Shown: in pieces, positions 31,130 to 40,851 of the stretch
Position numbering within the stretch: position 1 is the first letter of the stretch
Layout: the number at the start of each line of letters is the position of its first letter
From: Synechococcus sp. M44_DOE_062
GTDB lineage: Bacteria > Cyanobacteriota > Cyanobacteriia > Thermostichales > Thermostichaceae
Assembly: GCA_015295985.1 (NCBI GenBank)
Contig: DVDX01000032.1
Span: 44,740-108,739, forward strand
Length of the DNA: 64,000 bases
Reading direction: 5' to 3'
Notes under the pieces: model-generated
The model's input: only the letters and a program-made list of their open reading frames with translations
Databases searched by the model: none
What the model was told of the DNA's origin: nothing
Program-made: the position numbers and the translations under genes

Positions 31130-31153
31130 GTCGCGTCAGCGGCGCGGAGCGCT
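31130..31153 (+). repeat. 24-nt small dispersed repeat (intergenic copy)
   Basis: GTCGCGTCAGCGGCGCGGAGCGCT, same family as the insertions at 49823-49846 and 50583-50607. Confidence 0.8.
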
Positions 31154-31291
31154 CAGCCACCCCCCGAACTGAGAATGGTCGCGAACATGAAGGTACACAA
31201 GTCTTCTCGGCGGAGTACCGTTCATCGCCATTTGGCCATTTTCACACAGTGAAGACTGCTGTACTGGGATCGAGAGGAGGGCTTGCCATCC

Positions 31292-31525
31292 TTAACGGGT
31301 TCTGCGTATGGGCCTGGCTTTGAGGTTGTAGATAAGGCTGGTGCGGTATTGCAAAAGCAAATTGCGCAGGTAAAGGGGCAAGTTGCGTCGATAGAGGGAG
31401 CGGGTTTTGCGGTAGATAGACTTGCTGCGCCGGTTAACGGCTTGGCTGCGCCGCTGCAGAGAGGTTTGGAGTGGACGTTGGAGTGCCAGGGATCCGGGCG
31501 CACGCATAAACCTTGGCCGTACCAT
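31292..31525 (-). CDS. Small highly basic Arg-rich protein (77 aa, no Asp/Glu)
   Basis: ATG preceded by GAGGTGGGAC RBS; 18 Arg + 3 Lys and no acidic residues; co-oriented with the upstream gene. Confidence 0.55.
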   Translation of the reverse strand: MVRPRFMRAPGSLALQRPLQTSLQRRSQAVNRRSKSIYRKTRSLYRRNLPLYLRNLLLQYRTSLIYNLKARPIRRTR

Positions 31526-31574
31526 GTCCCACCTCGAGAGCAGCGTTGAACGTTGGATCCAGTGTAGGGGATCC

Positions 31575-31964
31575 TCAGGGAAGCAGCCGCCAGCGGGTCA
31601 GTCTATTCTGCAGGTGGTCTGCCCAGCTTGCCGAGATCCCGGCAAAAGCTTCATCCCTCTCCAGATCTTGCAGCAACTGCCGACCCAGAGGTGCCAGACG
31701 ATACCGATCCGCGATCCCCTGCCCATCCCCTTCCCGCCGCAAGAGCCCCACCTAAATCAGCCCCATCAGCTCCTGATCTGCCCGCATTTCCGATAAAGGG
31801 CGCCAGGTGTAGCCCGCTTGAACGCCCGCCCAACCTGCAATCTTCTCCGGTGGGATCCCTTCCGCGCTCATGGCCTGCAGCAAGGGCAGCCGACAAGGGC
31901 TGCAAATCCAAGCACGCCAAGCCCTTCTGTACACTGACTCAGAGTCATCGAGCAGGAGGGACAA
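31575..31964 (-). pseudogene. Npun_F0494-family gene interrupted by an in-frame TAG
   Basis: Read-through gives ...CSPCRLPLL...GYTWRPLSE...LMGLI*VGLLRREGDGQGIADRYRLAPLGRQL...; TAG at 31752-31754, frame continues to TGA at 31575-31577. Confidence 0.75.
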
Positions 31965-32037
31965 GCGGATCCCTTATATTCTCATTCAATTCTGTCAATG
32001 GCTGTTGGGCAGCAGGCTTGTTACAATAAATTACGAT

Positions 32038-32283
32038 ATGTTGATCATCCTTGCTATTGTTGTCCTCCTGGGATTCTGGGCACTGCGCCTGATGGAGCAG
32101 GCTTTTCAGAGTCAGGAGTTCTCACGCATGTTGGCGGGGACCCTGGTGGCTGTGGCTGCTGGCGGCGTTTTGACCTGTTACTTTTTGATGAGCGACACCC
32201 TGCAGATGTTGTTTCATCTGCAAGCGCAACCCTCCTCCCCTTACTCTCAAGATCTGCTCTCCGATCTGAGCTGGCTTGACTAG
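32038..32283 (+). CDS. Small two-TM conserved cyanobacterial membrane protein
   Basis: MLIILAIVVLLGFWALRLMEQAFQSQEFSRMLAGTLVAV; two hydrophobic helices. Confidence 0.65.
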   Translation: MLIILAIVVLLGFWALRLMEQAFQSQEFSRMLAGTLVAVAAGGVLTCYFLMSDTLQMLFHLQAQPSSPYSQDLLSDLSWLD

Positions 32284-33107
32284 GCCAATTGGGTTGCTAG
32301 CCAGGCTTGAATGCTGCGAATCATCTGGTGGTTGGGGGCCAGTAGGTTTTGGTAGAGCAACTGTCCAAAAGCATCGATGAGGCTGAACTCTTCCCCGACT
32401 TGGAAAGGATAGCTAAAACCCAGTGGAGTGAGGTGATCTCCCTCCAGATGCTGCCACTCGGTGTGGCCTTGATACTTGCGGCAAAGCTGCTGGTAGAGCA
32501 GAGGAATGTCGTCAATATCATCCTGTCGAAATTCTACGAGCAGATTGTGTCTAACCGGATACTGCTCCTCAATTAGGCGGTTGGTTTCTGCTGGAGAAGG
32601 CTCGAACTCTAACCACAGATTCACAGGTGGCGAGGAGGATCCCATCCACATCCGCCACAGATCGGCGAGCTGTTGTTGAGGCCAAGCCTGGGCCAACAGC
32701 CGCAGCAATGGCAAAGCCCGATCCAGCCCAGCGTTGCTGTAGGCCAGAAAAATATTGCCTCGCCGCTGGGATCCCAGAGAAGGAACGGCCAGACAAGAGA
32801 GAATCTGCAACTTACAGCCCAGGCTATGGCCCAAGCCAAACAGGGGCAACTCCAGCAAACCCTTGCTTTGCAGGCTTCTGTGCAAAGATTGGGCTGCGTT
32901 GAGTGCCAGTTGGGCGTGATCGATATCGGTGGTGTAGGGGGTGGCAACAACGGCCATGCCCATATGGGCCAGTTCTTCCAGCAGGCGGCTGTAGAACACT
33001 TGCGGGGCAGCTCCCACAAAAGCTCCACCCAGAAAGTGAACGACGGCGCGGGGTTGAGGGGGCAGAAGAAACCAATTATGCCCATCCGTCTGCCAAGTCG
33101 GTGCCAT
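32280..33107 (-). CDS. DUF1350-family alpha/beta hydrolase-like protein
   Basis: VVHFLGGAFVGAAPQ, GLGHSLGCKL, DDIDD, GDHLTP. Confidence 0.9.
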   Translation of the reverse strand: MAPTWQTDGHNWFLLPPQPRAVVHFLGGAFVGAAPQVFYSRLLEELAHMGMAVVATPYTTDIDHAQLALNAAQSLHRSLQSKGLLELPLFGLGHSLGCKLQILSCLAVPSLGSQRRGNIFLAYSNAGLDRALPLLRLLAQAWPQQQLADLWRMWMGSSSPPVNLWLEFEPSPAETNRLIEEQYPVRHNLLVEFRQDDIDDIPLLYQQLCRKYQGHTEWQHLEGDHLTPLGFSYPFQVGEEFSLIDAFGQLLYQNLLAPNHQMIRSIQAWLATQLA

Positions 33108-33432
33108 GGTGTTGCAACCTCGCCTGCGATTTTGTTGGAGCTTTTCCCACAACCCGGCGCCCGGCAGATCCCACCTTCCCACCTCACGCCGGTTCCCCGC
33201 GCTGGCCAGCCCTTGGAACCCATCCTAATGGACATCTTGCCCAGACAGGGGATCCCCAGCCGGACTTCTCATGCAGCAAGCAAAACTCTGCCCTGCCCCC
33301 GACTGAGGTTCTCACACAGCTTACAGAGGGGTGGTGCGCTGCACTCGTCGGGATCAGGTTTTGGGTGTAGGATCCCTGCCCAAAAGTTGCTGCGGCTGCT
33401 ATGACTAGGGCAGTGGGTGGTGAGGGATCCTG

Positions 33433-34488
33433 ATGAAGACTTCACAGCTTGAGAAAGGATGCCTGCTGATTGATTGTCGCGGCTTCGATGAAAAGACGAT
33501 AAACCTGTTTCTGGCACCTGGGCCCGATCCCTACCGGGAAACAGAGGAATTTCTCCTGGACTGCGAGATGCGGGCAGATGAGCTGCCCCGATATTTGCGG
33601 CGGGCCTTGCTGGAGTTTCAGTTGTATTCCAATTCGGAAGGGATCCTGCTGCTGCGGGGGTTGCCCGTGGATCCCGGACTTGACTATATCCGCACACCGG
33701 CTCTGGCGCAGCGCTCCGAGGAGAAAACCACTTTTGTCAGCGAACGCTGCTTGGCGATGATCGGCAGCCGCTTGGGGCATTTGGTCTCCTACATTCAAGA
33801 AAAGAACGGAGATTTGTTTCAAAACTTGGTGCCTACTCCCGGCAGCGAAGAAGTGCAATCTTCTGAGGGATCCCGCACCCGGCTACAATTTCACCGCGAG
33901 ACAGTTTTTCATCCCTACTCACCGGAGTTTCTGCTGCTGTTTTGCCTGCGCCCCGACCATGACCGTGTAGCAGAAACCACCTATGCCAGCATCCGTCATG
34001 TCCTGCCTTTGCTGGGAGAGCAAGAGCGGGAGCTGCTGTTTGAACCCCTGTATCGCACCGGCATCGACTACTCCTTCGGCAACCGACAAGCCCTGATCAA
34101 TGGCCCCATTTTGCCGGTGTTGTATGGCCGTCGAGAGGATCCCTTCTGGAACTACGACGAAGACCTGATGGTGGGGCTCACCCCCGCAGCCAGTCTGGCT
34201 CTAGAAGCCCTGAGGAAGGCGATCCACTCCATCTACCGAGGCATCAAGCTGGAAACAGGGGATCTGCTTTGTATTGACAACCGCCGCACTGTCCACGGGC
34301 GGACTGCCTTCTCTCCCCGCTACGATGGCTTCGACCGCTGGATCCAACGCTCCTTTGTGGTTCGGGATCTCGGCCTTTCGGCAAGGGATCGCCATCCCGG
34401 TGAGCGCATCATTCGCACCGCCTTCGCAACAGATGGTGAGGCCCAAGTTGCCCTCAATGGGGAGCAAGTCTGTCTCGGGAGATCCTGA
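33433..34488 (+). CDS. Clavaminate-synthase-like Fe(II)/2-oxoglutarate dioxygenase (AsnO/VioC-type)
   Basis: LQFHRETVFHPYSPEFLLLFCLR (HxE), IDNRRTVHGR, RWIQR. Confidence 0.88.
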   Translation: MKTSQLEKGCLLIDCRGFDEKTINLFLAPGPDPYRETEEFLLDCEMRADELPRYLRRALLEFQLYSNSEGILLLRGLPVDPGLDYIRTPALAQRSEEKTTFVSERCLAMIGSRLGHLVSYIQEKNGDLFQNLVPTPGSEEVQSSEGSRTRLQFHRETVFHPYSPEFLLLFCLRPDHDRVAETTYASIRHVLPLLGEQERELLFEPLYRTGIDYSFGNRQALINGPILPVLYGRREDPFWNYDEDLMVGLTPAASLALEALRKAIHSIYRGIKLETGDLLCIDNRRTVHGRTAFSPRYDGFDRWIQRSFVVRDLGLSARDRHPGERIIRTAFATDGEAQVALNGEQVCLGRS

Positions 34489-34689
34489 GAAGTTCGTAGA
34501 TTTAGGCAGCACCCATAGCCCAAATCCGTAAAAGTACTATTGGCGATTTCCCCGAAAGGGTTTAGCTGAATCGCCCCAGATTTTGTCGTCAAAATGCGTG
34601 ATCCTCACGATGGCTATTCCAGAGGATTTCCAGCATTCTAGCCCTATGAGCCAAAGCCATCCATTCTTACTCACGATTGCGAGGTTAAG

Positions 34690-34872
34690 ATGAGCATTCG
34701 CAAGATCATCGATGAGGTTCTACAATCTTCGGTTTTAACTCTACAGCAGGAGTCCAGCATTAACCAAATCCTCTGGGAAGGAAACTACGATCCATCTGAC
34801 CTAGAGGCTTTGGATGAGCTGGTGGAGGCCATTTTGCGCCAAGAGGTAAGGGCTGCTTCCGATCCCTGTTAA
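34690..34872 (+). CDS. Small conserved cyanobacterial hypothetical protein (60 aa)
   Basis: MSIRKIIDEVLQS.VLT..QE..INQ.L...DLEALDELVEAI pattern; GAGG RBS. Confidence 0.7.
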   Translation: MSIRKIIDEVLQSSVLTLQQESSINQILWEGNYDPSDLEALDELVEAILRQEVRAASDPC

Positions 34873-34922
34873 GAAACCTAGCCTTGCTTGAAAACGGCGG
34901 CAGATCTCGCTCAAGACTTATA

Positions 34923-35122
34923 TAGCCGCTTCAGGTTAGGGTGAGACGCCTGGGCTACTGAGAAAAGTCTTCTGTTTGGCGCATTATTGCTCCGCAACGC
35001 TGTTGCTATGCCTACGGCACCCTGACGGGAACCGCAACGCTGACGCGAGGACGCGACGACGCGACGGCGTGACCAATGTTTTAAGTGTGGATACAGTGTC
35101 CTGATTTGAATCGAAATGGCCA
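34923..35122 (-). mobile_element. MITE-like repeat copy B, expanded by nested small repeats
   Basis: TA|TAGCCGCTTCAGGTTAGGGTGAGAC...CAGTGTCCTGATTTGAATCGAAATGGCCA|TA with TA on both sides; about 90 extra nt of SDR-like sequence inside. Confidence 0.75.
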
Positions 35123-35380
35123 TAGTTGTTCTAAGCAGGAATACAACTATTCCGTTTCATTGCTTCCTAGCTCCTGTTTCCCTTTGCCTGGGAGCAGTCG
35201 CGGAAGTAGTGCGGAGCAGTTGGGAAGTATCTTAATCTAACTTGAAATAACCATACGCACGACTGAAAGCGGTTGTTCGTTTTGCCTATCATGAGCCGGT
35301 GTGAGATTCTAATCTCTCGATAATTTCTCGGATAAGATGCTCATCAGAGTGCTTGATCTCCGGGTGGGAAGGCACCTGTT

Positions 35381-35989
35381 TTAAAACAGCAATGTGCAAA
35401 AGCTGGTCAACAGCAATGTCACTGCCGTCAAGAGCAGGCTAAAGCTCCAAAGCCACAAAGCTGCAAGCAGCAGGATCCCGATCACCCAAATCAGCAGAGC
35501 ATTCCAATAGGGTCGGTTAGGGGCTTTGGACACATTAATTTTCTGGAAGAAAGGCAGCAGGAGGAACGATACATCCAACAAAAGGCGCGGCAGCCGCAAA
35601 TCGTCCGGCAGCGGCAGATCTCGCACTGCCAAATAGAGCAGCCCCCAGCTCACCAAAAGCGGGATCAGTAGCAGATAGTTGGATTCGGCCAAAAGAGGTC
35701 GATCCACCACCAGCGGAAACAGAGGGCTGATCCCCCAGAGCAGATAGAGATAAAAGTTGAAGTTCAGAAGGGGCTGTAGCAGAGGGGGCACCTTGAGGCG
35801 TTGACCCTGGGATCCCACCTGAGCTGCAATTTTCTGGCCCAGGGATCCACCTTTTTGAGGGGTTTGCACTGCTGGGGCTGCCCGCCAACCGCAGTGGTCA
35901 CAGTAGGGAGATTTGAACCGGTAGGCCGGGATCGGCTTGCCACAGGAAGGGCAACGTTGGATCGGACGAGGTTGAGAACTGGAGGCCAT
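35381..35989 (-). CDS. Zinc-ribbon membrane protein
   Basis: CPSC...CDHC N-terminus followed by about four TM helices. Confidence 0.7.
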   Translation of the reverse strand: MASSSQPRPIQRCPSCGKPIPAYRFKSPYCDHCGWRAAPAVQTPQKGGSLGQKIAAQVGSQGQRLKVPPLLQPLLNFNFYLYLLWGISPLFPLVVDRPLLAESNYLLLIPLLVSWGLLYLAVRDLPLPDDLRLPRLLLDVSFLLLPFFQKINVSKAPNRPYWNALLIWVIGILLLAALWLWSFSLLLTAVTLLLTSFCTLLF

Positions 35990-36031
35990 GACCACCCGCG
36001 GTACTTCTGCTCTAGCATGCCCCAATGGCTC

Positions 36032-36493
36032 TCAGTTTACTCCCAGGGCAAACGACAGTGTGATACAGGCTGCTCCCAAAGCTGCGCCAGCCATGACCTG
36101 AACGGGAGTGTGACCCAGCAATTCTTTCAGGTAGGGTTCTTGGAAACGGTCGGTGCCTTTTTCTTCAAACCATTCTTCCATGAGGCGGTTCAGCACCCGT
36201 GCCTGTTTTCCGGCGGCTTGGCGGATCCCGGCGGCATCGTACATCACCACCAAAGCAAAAACCACCGTCGCGGCAAACAGCAGGCTGTCCCAGCCTTCCT
36301 GCAGCCCCACCCCAACGGACAAAGCCGTCACCAACGCTGCGTGGGAGCTGGGCATCCCCCCGGTTTCCACCAAGACCCGTAGATTGACCTTGCCCGACCG
36401 CACATAGGCCAGGATTAGCTTGATGGCTTGGGCCAACAAACTGGCCAGTAGAGCAACCCAGAGGACATGATTGGCCATCAACTGTTGCAGCAT
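36032..36493 (-). CDS. Divergent PAP2 (DUF212) family protein
   Basis: ETGGMPSSHAALV, VMYDAAGIRQAAGKQA, ELLGHTP. Confidence 0.92.
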   Translation of the reverse strand: MLQQLMANHVLWVALLASLLAQAIKLILAYVRSGKVNLRVLVETGGMPSSHAALVTALSVGVGLQEGWDSLLFAATVVFALVVMYDAAGIRQAAGKQARVLNRLMEEWFEEKGTDRFQEPYLKELLGHTPVQVMAGAALGAACITLSFALGVN

Positions 36494-36564
36494 AGGGCTC
36501 TCCAGCACAGGAATGCGAGCAGGGTCTCCAGGGATCCCATCTGATCTGGTCCTCTTGTCCTGTC

Positions 36565-37458
36565 CTAATGCTGACGACGAGTGATAAAATCCGCCAGGGC
36601 TAGTAGCGGCTCTGCCCGCGATCCATAGGGGCGCAACGCTTCCTTGGCCGATTGAATCAGCTCCTCGGCTTTCTGCCGGGAAGCCTCTAGGCCCAACAAG
36701 CTAGGATAGGTAGCCTTGGCGGCAGCTTGATCCTTACCTGCTGTCTTGCCCAGTTGCTCGCTGGTGGCGGTGATATCCAAAATGTCGTCCACAATCTGAA
36801 AAGCCAGGCCAATATCGCGGGCGTAGCGGCTCAGGTGGGCCAGCAGCTCTTCATCTCCCCCCGCCAGGATCCCTCCCGAAACCACCGAGACCTCCAGCAG
36901 AGCGCCGGTCTTGTGGCTGTGAATGTACTCCAGAGTTTCCAGGGAAATGGCTTTGCCCTCCGACTCCAGATCCACCACCTGCCCCCCTACCAACCCGGTT
37001 GCAGCCACAGCGTGGCCAATGCGGGCGATCACCTGCAACACCAACTGCGGCGGTACCCCCTGAGTTTGGCTGGCAATGTGCTCAAAGGCAAAAGCCAGCA
37101 GGGCATCTCCCGCCAAGATAGCAATGTCTTCGCCGAACACTTTGTGGTTGGTGGGTTTGCCGCGGCGAAAGTCGTCATTGTCCATGGCCGGCAGATCGTC
37201 ATGGATCAGCGACATGGTGTGGATCATTTCCAGGGCACAGGCGGTAGGCAGAGCCTGCTCCACAGTGCCGCCGGCCAACTCGCAAGCAGCCAGACAAAGA
37301 ATGGGCCTGAGGCGCTTCCCCCCTGCCAACAGGCTGTAGCGCATCGCCTCGTAAATACGCTCCGGATAGGCGGGAACCAGAGCTGCAGAGAGAGCCTCTT
37401 CCACCTGTTGCTGACGCTGGCTCAGGTAGGTTTTTAGGTTAAAAGTTTGGGCAACCAA
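36565..37458 (-). CDS. crtE: Geranylgeranyl diphosphate synthase
   Basis: [41 protein letters not shown]. Confidence 0.95.
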   Translation of the reverse strand: MVAQTFNLKTYLSQRQQQVEEALSAALVPAYPERIYEAMRYSLLAGGKRLRPILCLAACELAGGTVEQALPTACALEMIHTMSLIHDDLPAMDNDDFRRGKPTNHKVFGEDIAILAGDALLAFAFEHIASQTQGVPPQLVLQVIARIGHAVAATGLVGGQVVDLESEGKAISLETLEYIHSHKTGALLEVSVVSGGILAGGDEELLAHLSRYARDIGLAFQIVDDILDITATSEQLGKTAGKDQAAAKATYPSLLGLEASRQKAEELIQSAKEALRPYGSRAEPLLALADFITRRQH

Positions 37459-37700
37459 GCGGGGTTTCCTCTCAACTCGGCAATGGGGGGATCCTTGTCG
37501 AGCCGTTCTTCAACAGACTTGCCAGGTGTCATTATCTCATGTCCACTTCAAGGGAGATCCCAGCCTAGAGGCCAAAAGGACAAGAAGTAACGGCAAGTTG
37601 CAGCCGATGAAGAAACTACAGGGATCCTGAGCTGCCAACTTGCGGTTGCTGTCGCCACAATGTCAGGATTCAGAAGGATCTTTAGCCGGATTGCCCTCCT

Positions 37701-38801
37701 ATGTCGCACTCGCCTGTTCAGCTCAGCGCCACCTCCTCCACAGCCAGCGGTGGGGAGCACTTGGGTGACCGTTTGCTGCGGGCGGCCCGAGGGGAAGTGC
37801 TGGATCGCCCTCCGGTTTGGATGATGCGCCAGGCGGGTCGCTACATGGCGGCCTACCGCGAGCTGCAAAGCAAGTACACCTTCAAGCAGCGTTGCGAGAT
37901 TCCGGAGCTGGCCATCGAGATCTCGTTGCAACCGTTTCGGGCCTTTGCCCCTGATGGGGTGATCCTGTTCAGCGATATCCTCACCCCCCTTGAGGGCATG
38001 GGCATCCCCTTTGAGCTGGTGGAGCATCAGGGGCCAATCATTGACCCGCCGATTCGTTCGCAAGCCCAAATTGAACGGATTCGCCTGCTGGAACCGGAAG
38101 AGAGTCTGCCCTTCATCAAGACCATTCTCAGCACCCTGCGCCGCGAGGTGCAAGGAAAAGCGACACTGCTGGGGTTTGTCGGCTCCCCCTGGACTCTGGC
38201 TTGCTATGCCGTGGAAGGGCGTAGCTCCAAAGATTATGCCCACATCAAGAGCTTGGCCTTTACGCAGCCGCAACTGCTGCATCAGTTGCTGAGCAAGCTG
38301 GCCGACAGCATTGCCCGCTACGTGATCTACCAGATCGAGGGCGGTGCCCAGGTGGTGCAGTTGTTCGATACTTGGGCCGGACAGCTCAGCCCAGCCGATT
38401 ACGAGTGTTGGGCCTTGCCCTATCAGAAGCAAATTGTGGATCAGGTGAAAGCTCGATATCCCCAAGTGCCGCTGATCCTCTACATCAACGGCAGCGCTGC
38501 TTTGCTGGAGCGGGTGGGCAAAGCCGGGATCGACGTGTTTAGCCTCGATTGGATGAGCGATATGGCAGAGGCCAGAGCCCGCCTGGGATCCCTAGCGGTA
38601 CAGGGCAATCTGGATCCGATGGTGTTGCTGGGATCCCCCGAGTTCATCCGGCGGCGTACCCTAGAGGTGATTCAAAAAGCCGGATCCCGTGGACACATCA
38701 TGAACTTGGGCCATGGCATTCACCCAAGCACTCCAGAGGCCAATGTCCATCACTTTTTCGAGACGGTGCGCCAGTCGGCAGAGCTTCTAAAAGCCCTCTA
38801 G
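37701..38801 (+). CDS. hemE: Uroporphyrinogen decarboxylase
   Basis: [36 protein letters not shown]. Confidence 0.97.
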   Translation: MSHSPVQLSATSSTASGGEHLGDRLLRAARGEVLDRPPVWMMRQAGRYMAAYRELQSKYTFKQRCEIPELAIEISLQPFRAFAPDGVILFSDILTPLEGMGIPFELVEHQGPIIDPPIRSQAQIERIRLLEPEESLPFIKTILSTLRREVQGKATLLGFVGSPWTLACYAVEGRSSKDYAHIKSLAFTQPQLLHQLLSKLADSIARYVIYQIEGGAQVVQLFDTWAGQLSPADYECWALPYQKQIVDQVKARYPQVPLILYINGSAALLERVGKAGIDVFSLDWMSDMAEARARLGSLAVQGNLDPMVLLGSPEFIRRRTLEVIQKAGSRGHIMNLGHGIHPSTPEANVHHFFETVRQSAELLKAL

Positions 38802-38895
38802 CCCAACAGGCAGCGCCAACCCACTTTCTGTGAGTACGCGGCGTTTTTACCCACCTTTTGCTCAAGGGTTGCACAGCCATCCCTAGGGATCCCCG

Positions 38896-39879
38896 GTGTA
38901 TATCAGCGTTATCATTCCCACCTACAACCGCCGTCCCATTCTGGAGCAGTGTCTGCGGGCCTTGGCCCAACAACAGCCCGGCCCCTACGATGGCTACGAG
39001 GTGGTGGTGGTGGACGACGGCTCCACCGATGGCACGGTAGAGTGGCTACAGAACAACCCCATTGGCCTGCCCCAGTGGAAACTGTTGCAGCAGGAGCACC
39101 GTGGCCCCGCCGCTGCCCGCAACTTGGGGTTTCGCCACGCCCAGGGATCCCTCATCGTCTTTATTGACAGCGACCTGGTGGTGGTAGATCACTTCCTGGC
39201 CAGCCACGCCCAGGTGCTGCGGCGCCACGGCGTTACAGGGGATCCCCGCTCCCCCCACGAGGCCAAGGTCTTCACCTACGGGCGGGTGATCAACACCAGC
39301 AATTTTCAGGATCCCCGCTCCGAACCCTTCAAACCCACCGATTTTTCGGCAGCCTTTTTCGCCACCGGCAACGTGGCTATTGCCCGCCATTGGTTGGAGC
39401 GGGCCTGCGAAACCCCCGCCGGCCCCTTTGACGAGCGGTTTCACCTCTACGGCTGGGAAGACCTGGAGCTGGGGGTGCGGCTAAAACGTTTGGGCCTGCG
39501 CCTGGTCAAGTGCCCCCAGGCCACCGGCTACCACTGGCATCCACCCTTTGAGCTGCAGCAGATCCCCGCCCTTATCGAGCGGGAACGGCAACGGGGTCGC
39601 ATGGGCATTCTCTTTTACCAAAAACACCCCACCTGGGCGGTGCGCCTGATGATCCAACTGACACCCCTGCACCAATGCCTGTGGGGTCTTTTGTCCCTGG
39701 GGGGATGGCTGAACGAGAAACGGGTGGAACCACTGCTGCGCTGGTTGATCCGGCAGGGCCGCTCGCAGTTGGCCTTGGAGCTGTGCCGGATTTTTTTCCT
39801 CAACTGGTACAACGTGCAGGCGGTTTACGAAAGCTACAGAGCGATGAAAGTGCGAAATAAGGGGATCCACTCTGCTTGA
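38896..39879 (+). CDS. Glycosyltransferase family 2
   Basis: SVIIPTYNR, VVDDGSTDGT, FIDSD, YGWEDLELG. Confidence 0.92.
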   Translation: MYISVIIPTYNRRPILEQCLRALAQQQPGPYDGYEVVVVDDGSTDGTVEWLQNNPIGLPQWKLLQQEHRGPAAARNLGFRHAQGSLIVFIDSDLVVVDHFLASHAQVLRRHGVTGDPRSPHEAKVFTYGRVINTSNFQDPRSEPFKPTDFSAAFFATGNVAIARHWLERACETPAGPFDERFHLYGWEDLELGVRLKRLGLRLVKCPQATGYHWHPPFELQQIPALIERERQRGRMGILFYQKHPTWAVRLMIQLTPLHQCLWGLLSLGGWLNEKRVEPLLRWLIRQGRSQLALELCRIFFLNWYNVQAVYESYRAMKVRNKGIHSA

Positions 39880-40715
39880 GCTGCCACCAGGGCAGAGTAA
39901 GTGAGTCGGCCATAATCCTTGCCGGGAATGAGAGGCTCGCCGGGATCCGGATCGGTGCAGCTCAGGGGTTCCCAAACGGCACCGGCCCCTTTGACAATGA
40001 CCCACACTGCCGCCACATCCCAGATCTTGGGCGAGCGTTCTACCGCCCCCAAAAGGCTGCCACCGGCCACCGCCAGCAGGTTGTAGGCAGCACCTCCCAA
40101 CATGCGCGCCTTGCAGGGGAAGTGCGGGCTAATCCAATGGGTGCTGCGGGAGCAGAAGTTAAACAATTGGTTGGGGCCAGGTGAGGCGGTACTGGGACGG
40201 ATTGGCTGGGGACAGGCGGGATCCCGGTCGTGGCGGGTGAGAAAAGCCCCTGCCGCTGCATCATCGGGAAACTGGGGCCAGTAGCCGTAAAAAGTCTGGC
40301 GAATGGGCGGCAGATGGACACAGCCAAACACCGGTACGCCCCAATGCAGCAAAGCCAAGGAACTGCCCCAAATGGGGATCCCACGGGCAAAATTGGTGGT
40401 GCCATCCAAAGGATCCACTACCCAACACCACTCCTTGTCGGGGAAAATGTGGTTAGACTCCTCGCTCAGGTAACCGTGATCGGGGTAGGCAGCGGCAATA
40501 GCTCTTTGAAAAGCGCGATCCGCCCATTCGTCAGAAGAGGTTACCAAGCTGCCGTCAGCTTTTAAGGACTCCGTCCCGCTGGCGCGAGCCGTGGGGTGGG
40601 CCTGGCCAAAGTCTGCCAAGAGCTGGGATCCCACGCTGGCCGTGACCTGCAGGGCAAACTCGGTAACCTCCAGCCAGAAAGGGGATAGAGCAGCAGTTGC
40701 AGAAGGAGCATTCAT
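39834..40715 (-). CDS. Inositol monophosphatase family protein
   Basis: SEE, WVVDPLDGTTNF, WDVAA. Confidence 0.9.
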   Translation of the reverse strand: MNAPSATAALSPFWLEVTEFALQVTASVGSQLLADFGQAHPTARASGTESLKADGSLVTSSDEWADRAFQRAIAAAYPDHGYLSEESNHIFPDKEWCWVVDPLDGTTNFARGIPIWGSSLALLHWGVPVFGCVHLPPIRQTFYGYWPQFPDDAAAGAFLTRHDRDPACPQPIRPSTASPGPNQLFNFCSRSTHWISPHFPCKARMLGGAAYNLLAVAGGSLLGAVERSPKIWDVAAVWVIVKGAGAVWEPLSCTDPDPGEPLIPGKDYGRLTYSALVAAQAEWIPLFRTFIAL

Positions 40716-40851
40716 GCCCCCATCCTAGCGGGATCCCTGGCTTTTGGGGTGAAGAAGGGTTCGCAATGGCAGCGGATCCCTTACCAGCAGGTTTTAAGCC
40801 TCTAAGCTGACTAGAATCATAGGTAGACTCCCCGGCTGGCTGCCCTCCTCC

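Noticed and set aside
31233-31263. Fifth, internally deleted MITE copy (TGGCCATTTTCAC...GTGAAGACTGCTG|TA)
   Set aside because: Ends are only loosely similar and the core CAGTGTCC motif is missing; too short to support
31752-31754. Pyrrolysine or programmed read-through of TAG
   Set aside because: No pyl genes in the window and none known in cyanobacteria; a nonsense mutation or read error is simpler
34911-35123. 70-aa basic minus-strand ORF (MAISIQIRT...)
   Set aside because: It lies entirely within MITE copy B and its nested repeats; the ATG derives from the MITE terminus
35225-35254. Additional MITE right end (CTAACTTGAAATAACCA|TA)
   Set aside because: No matching left end could be placed with confidence
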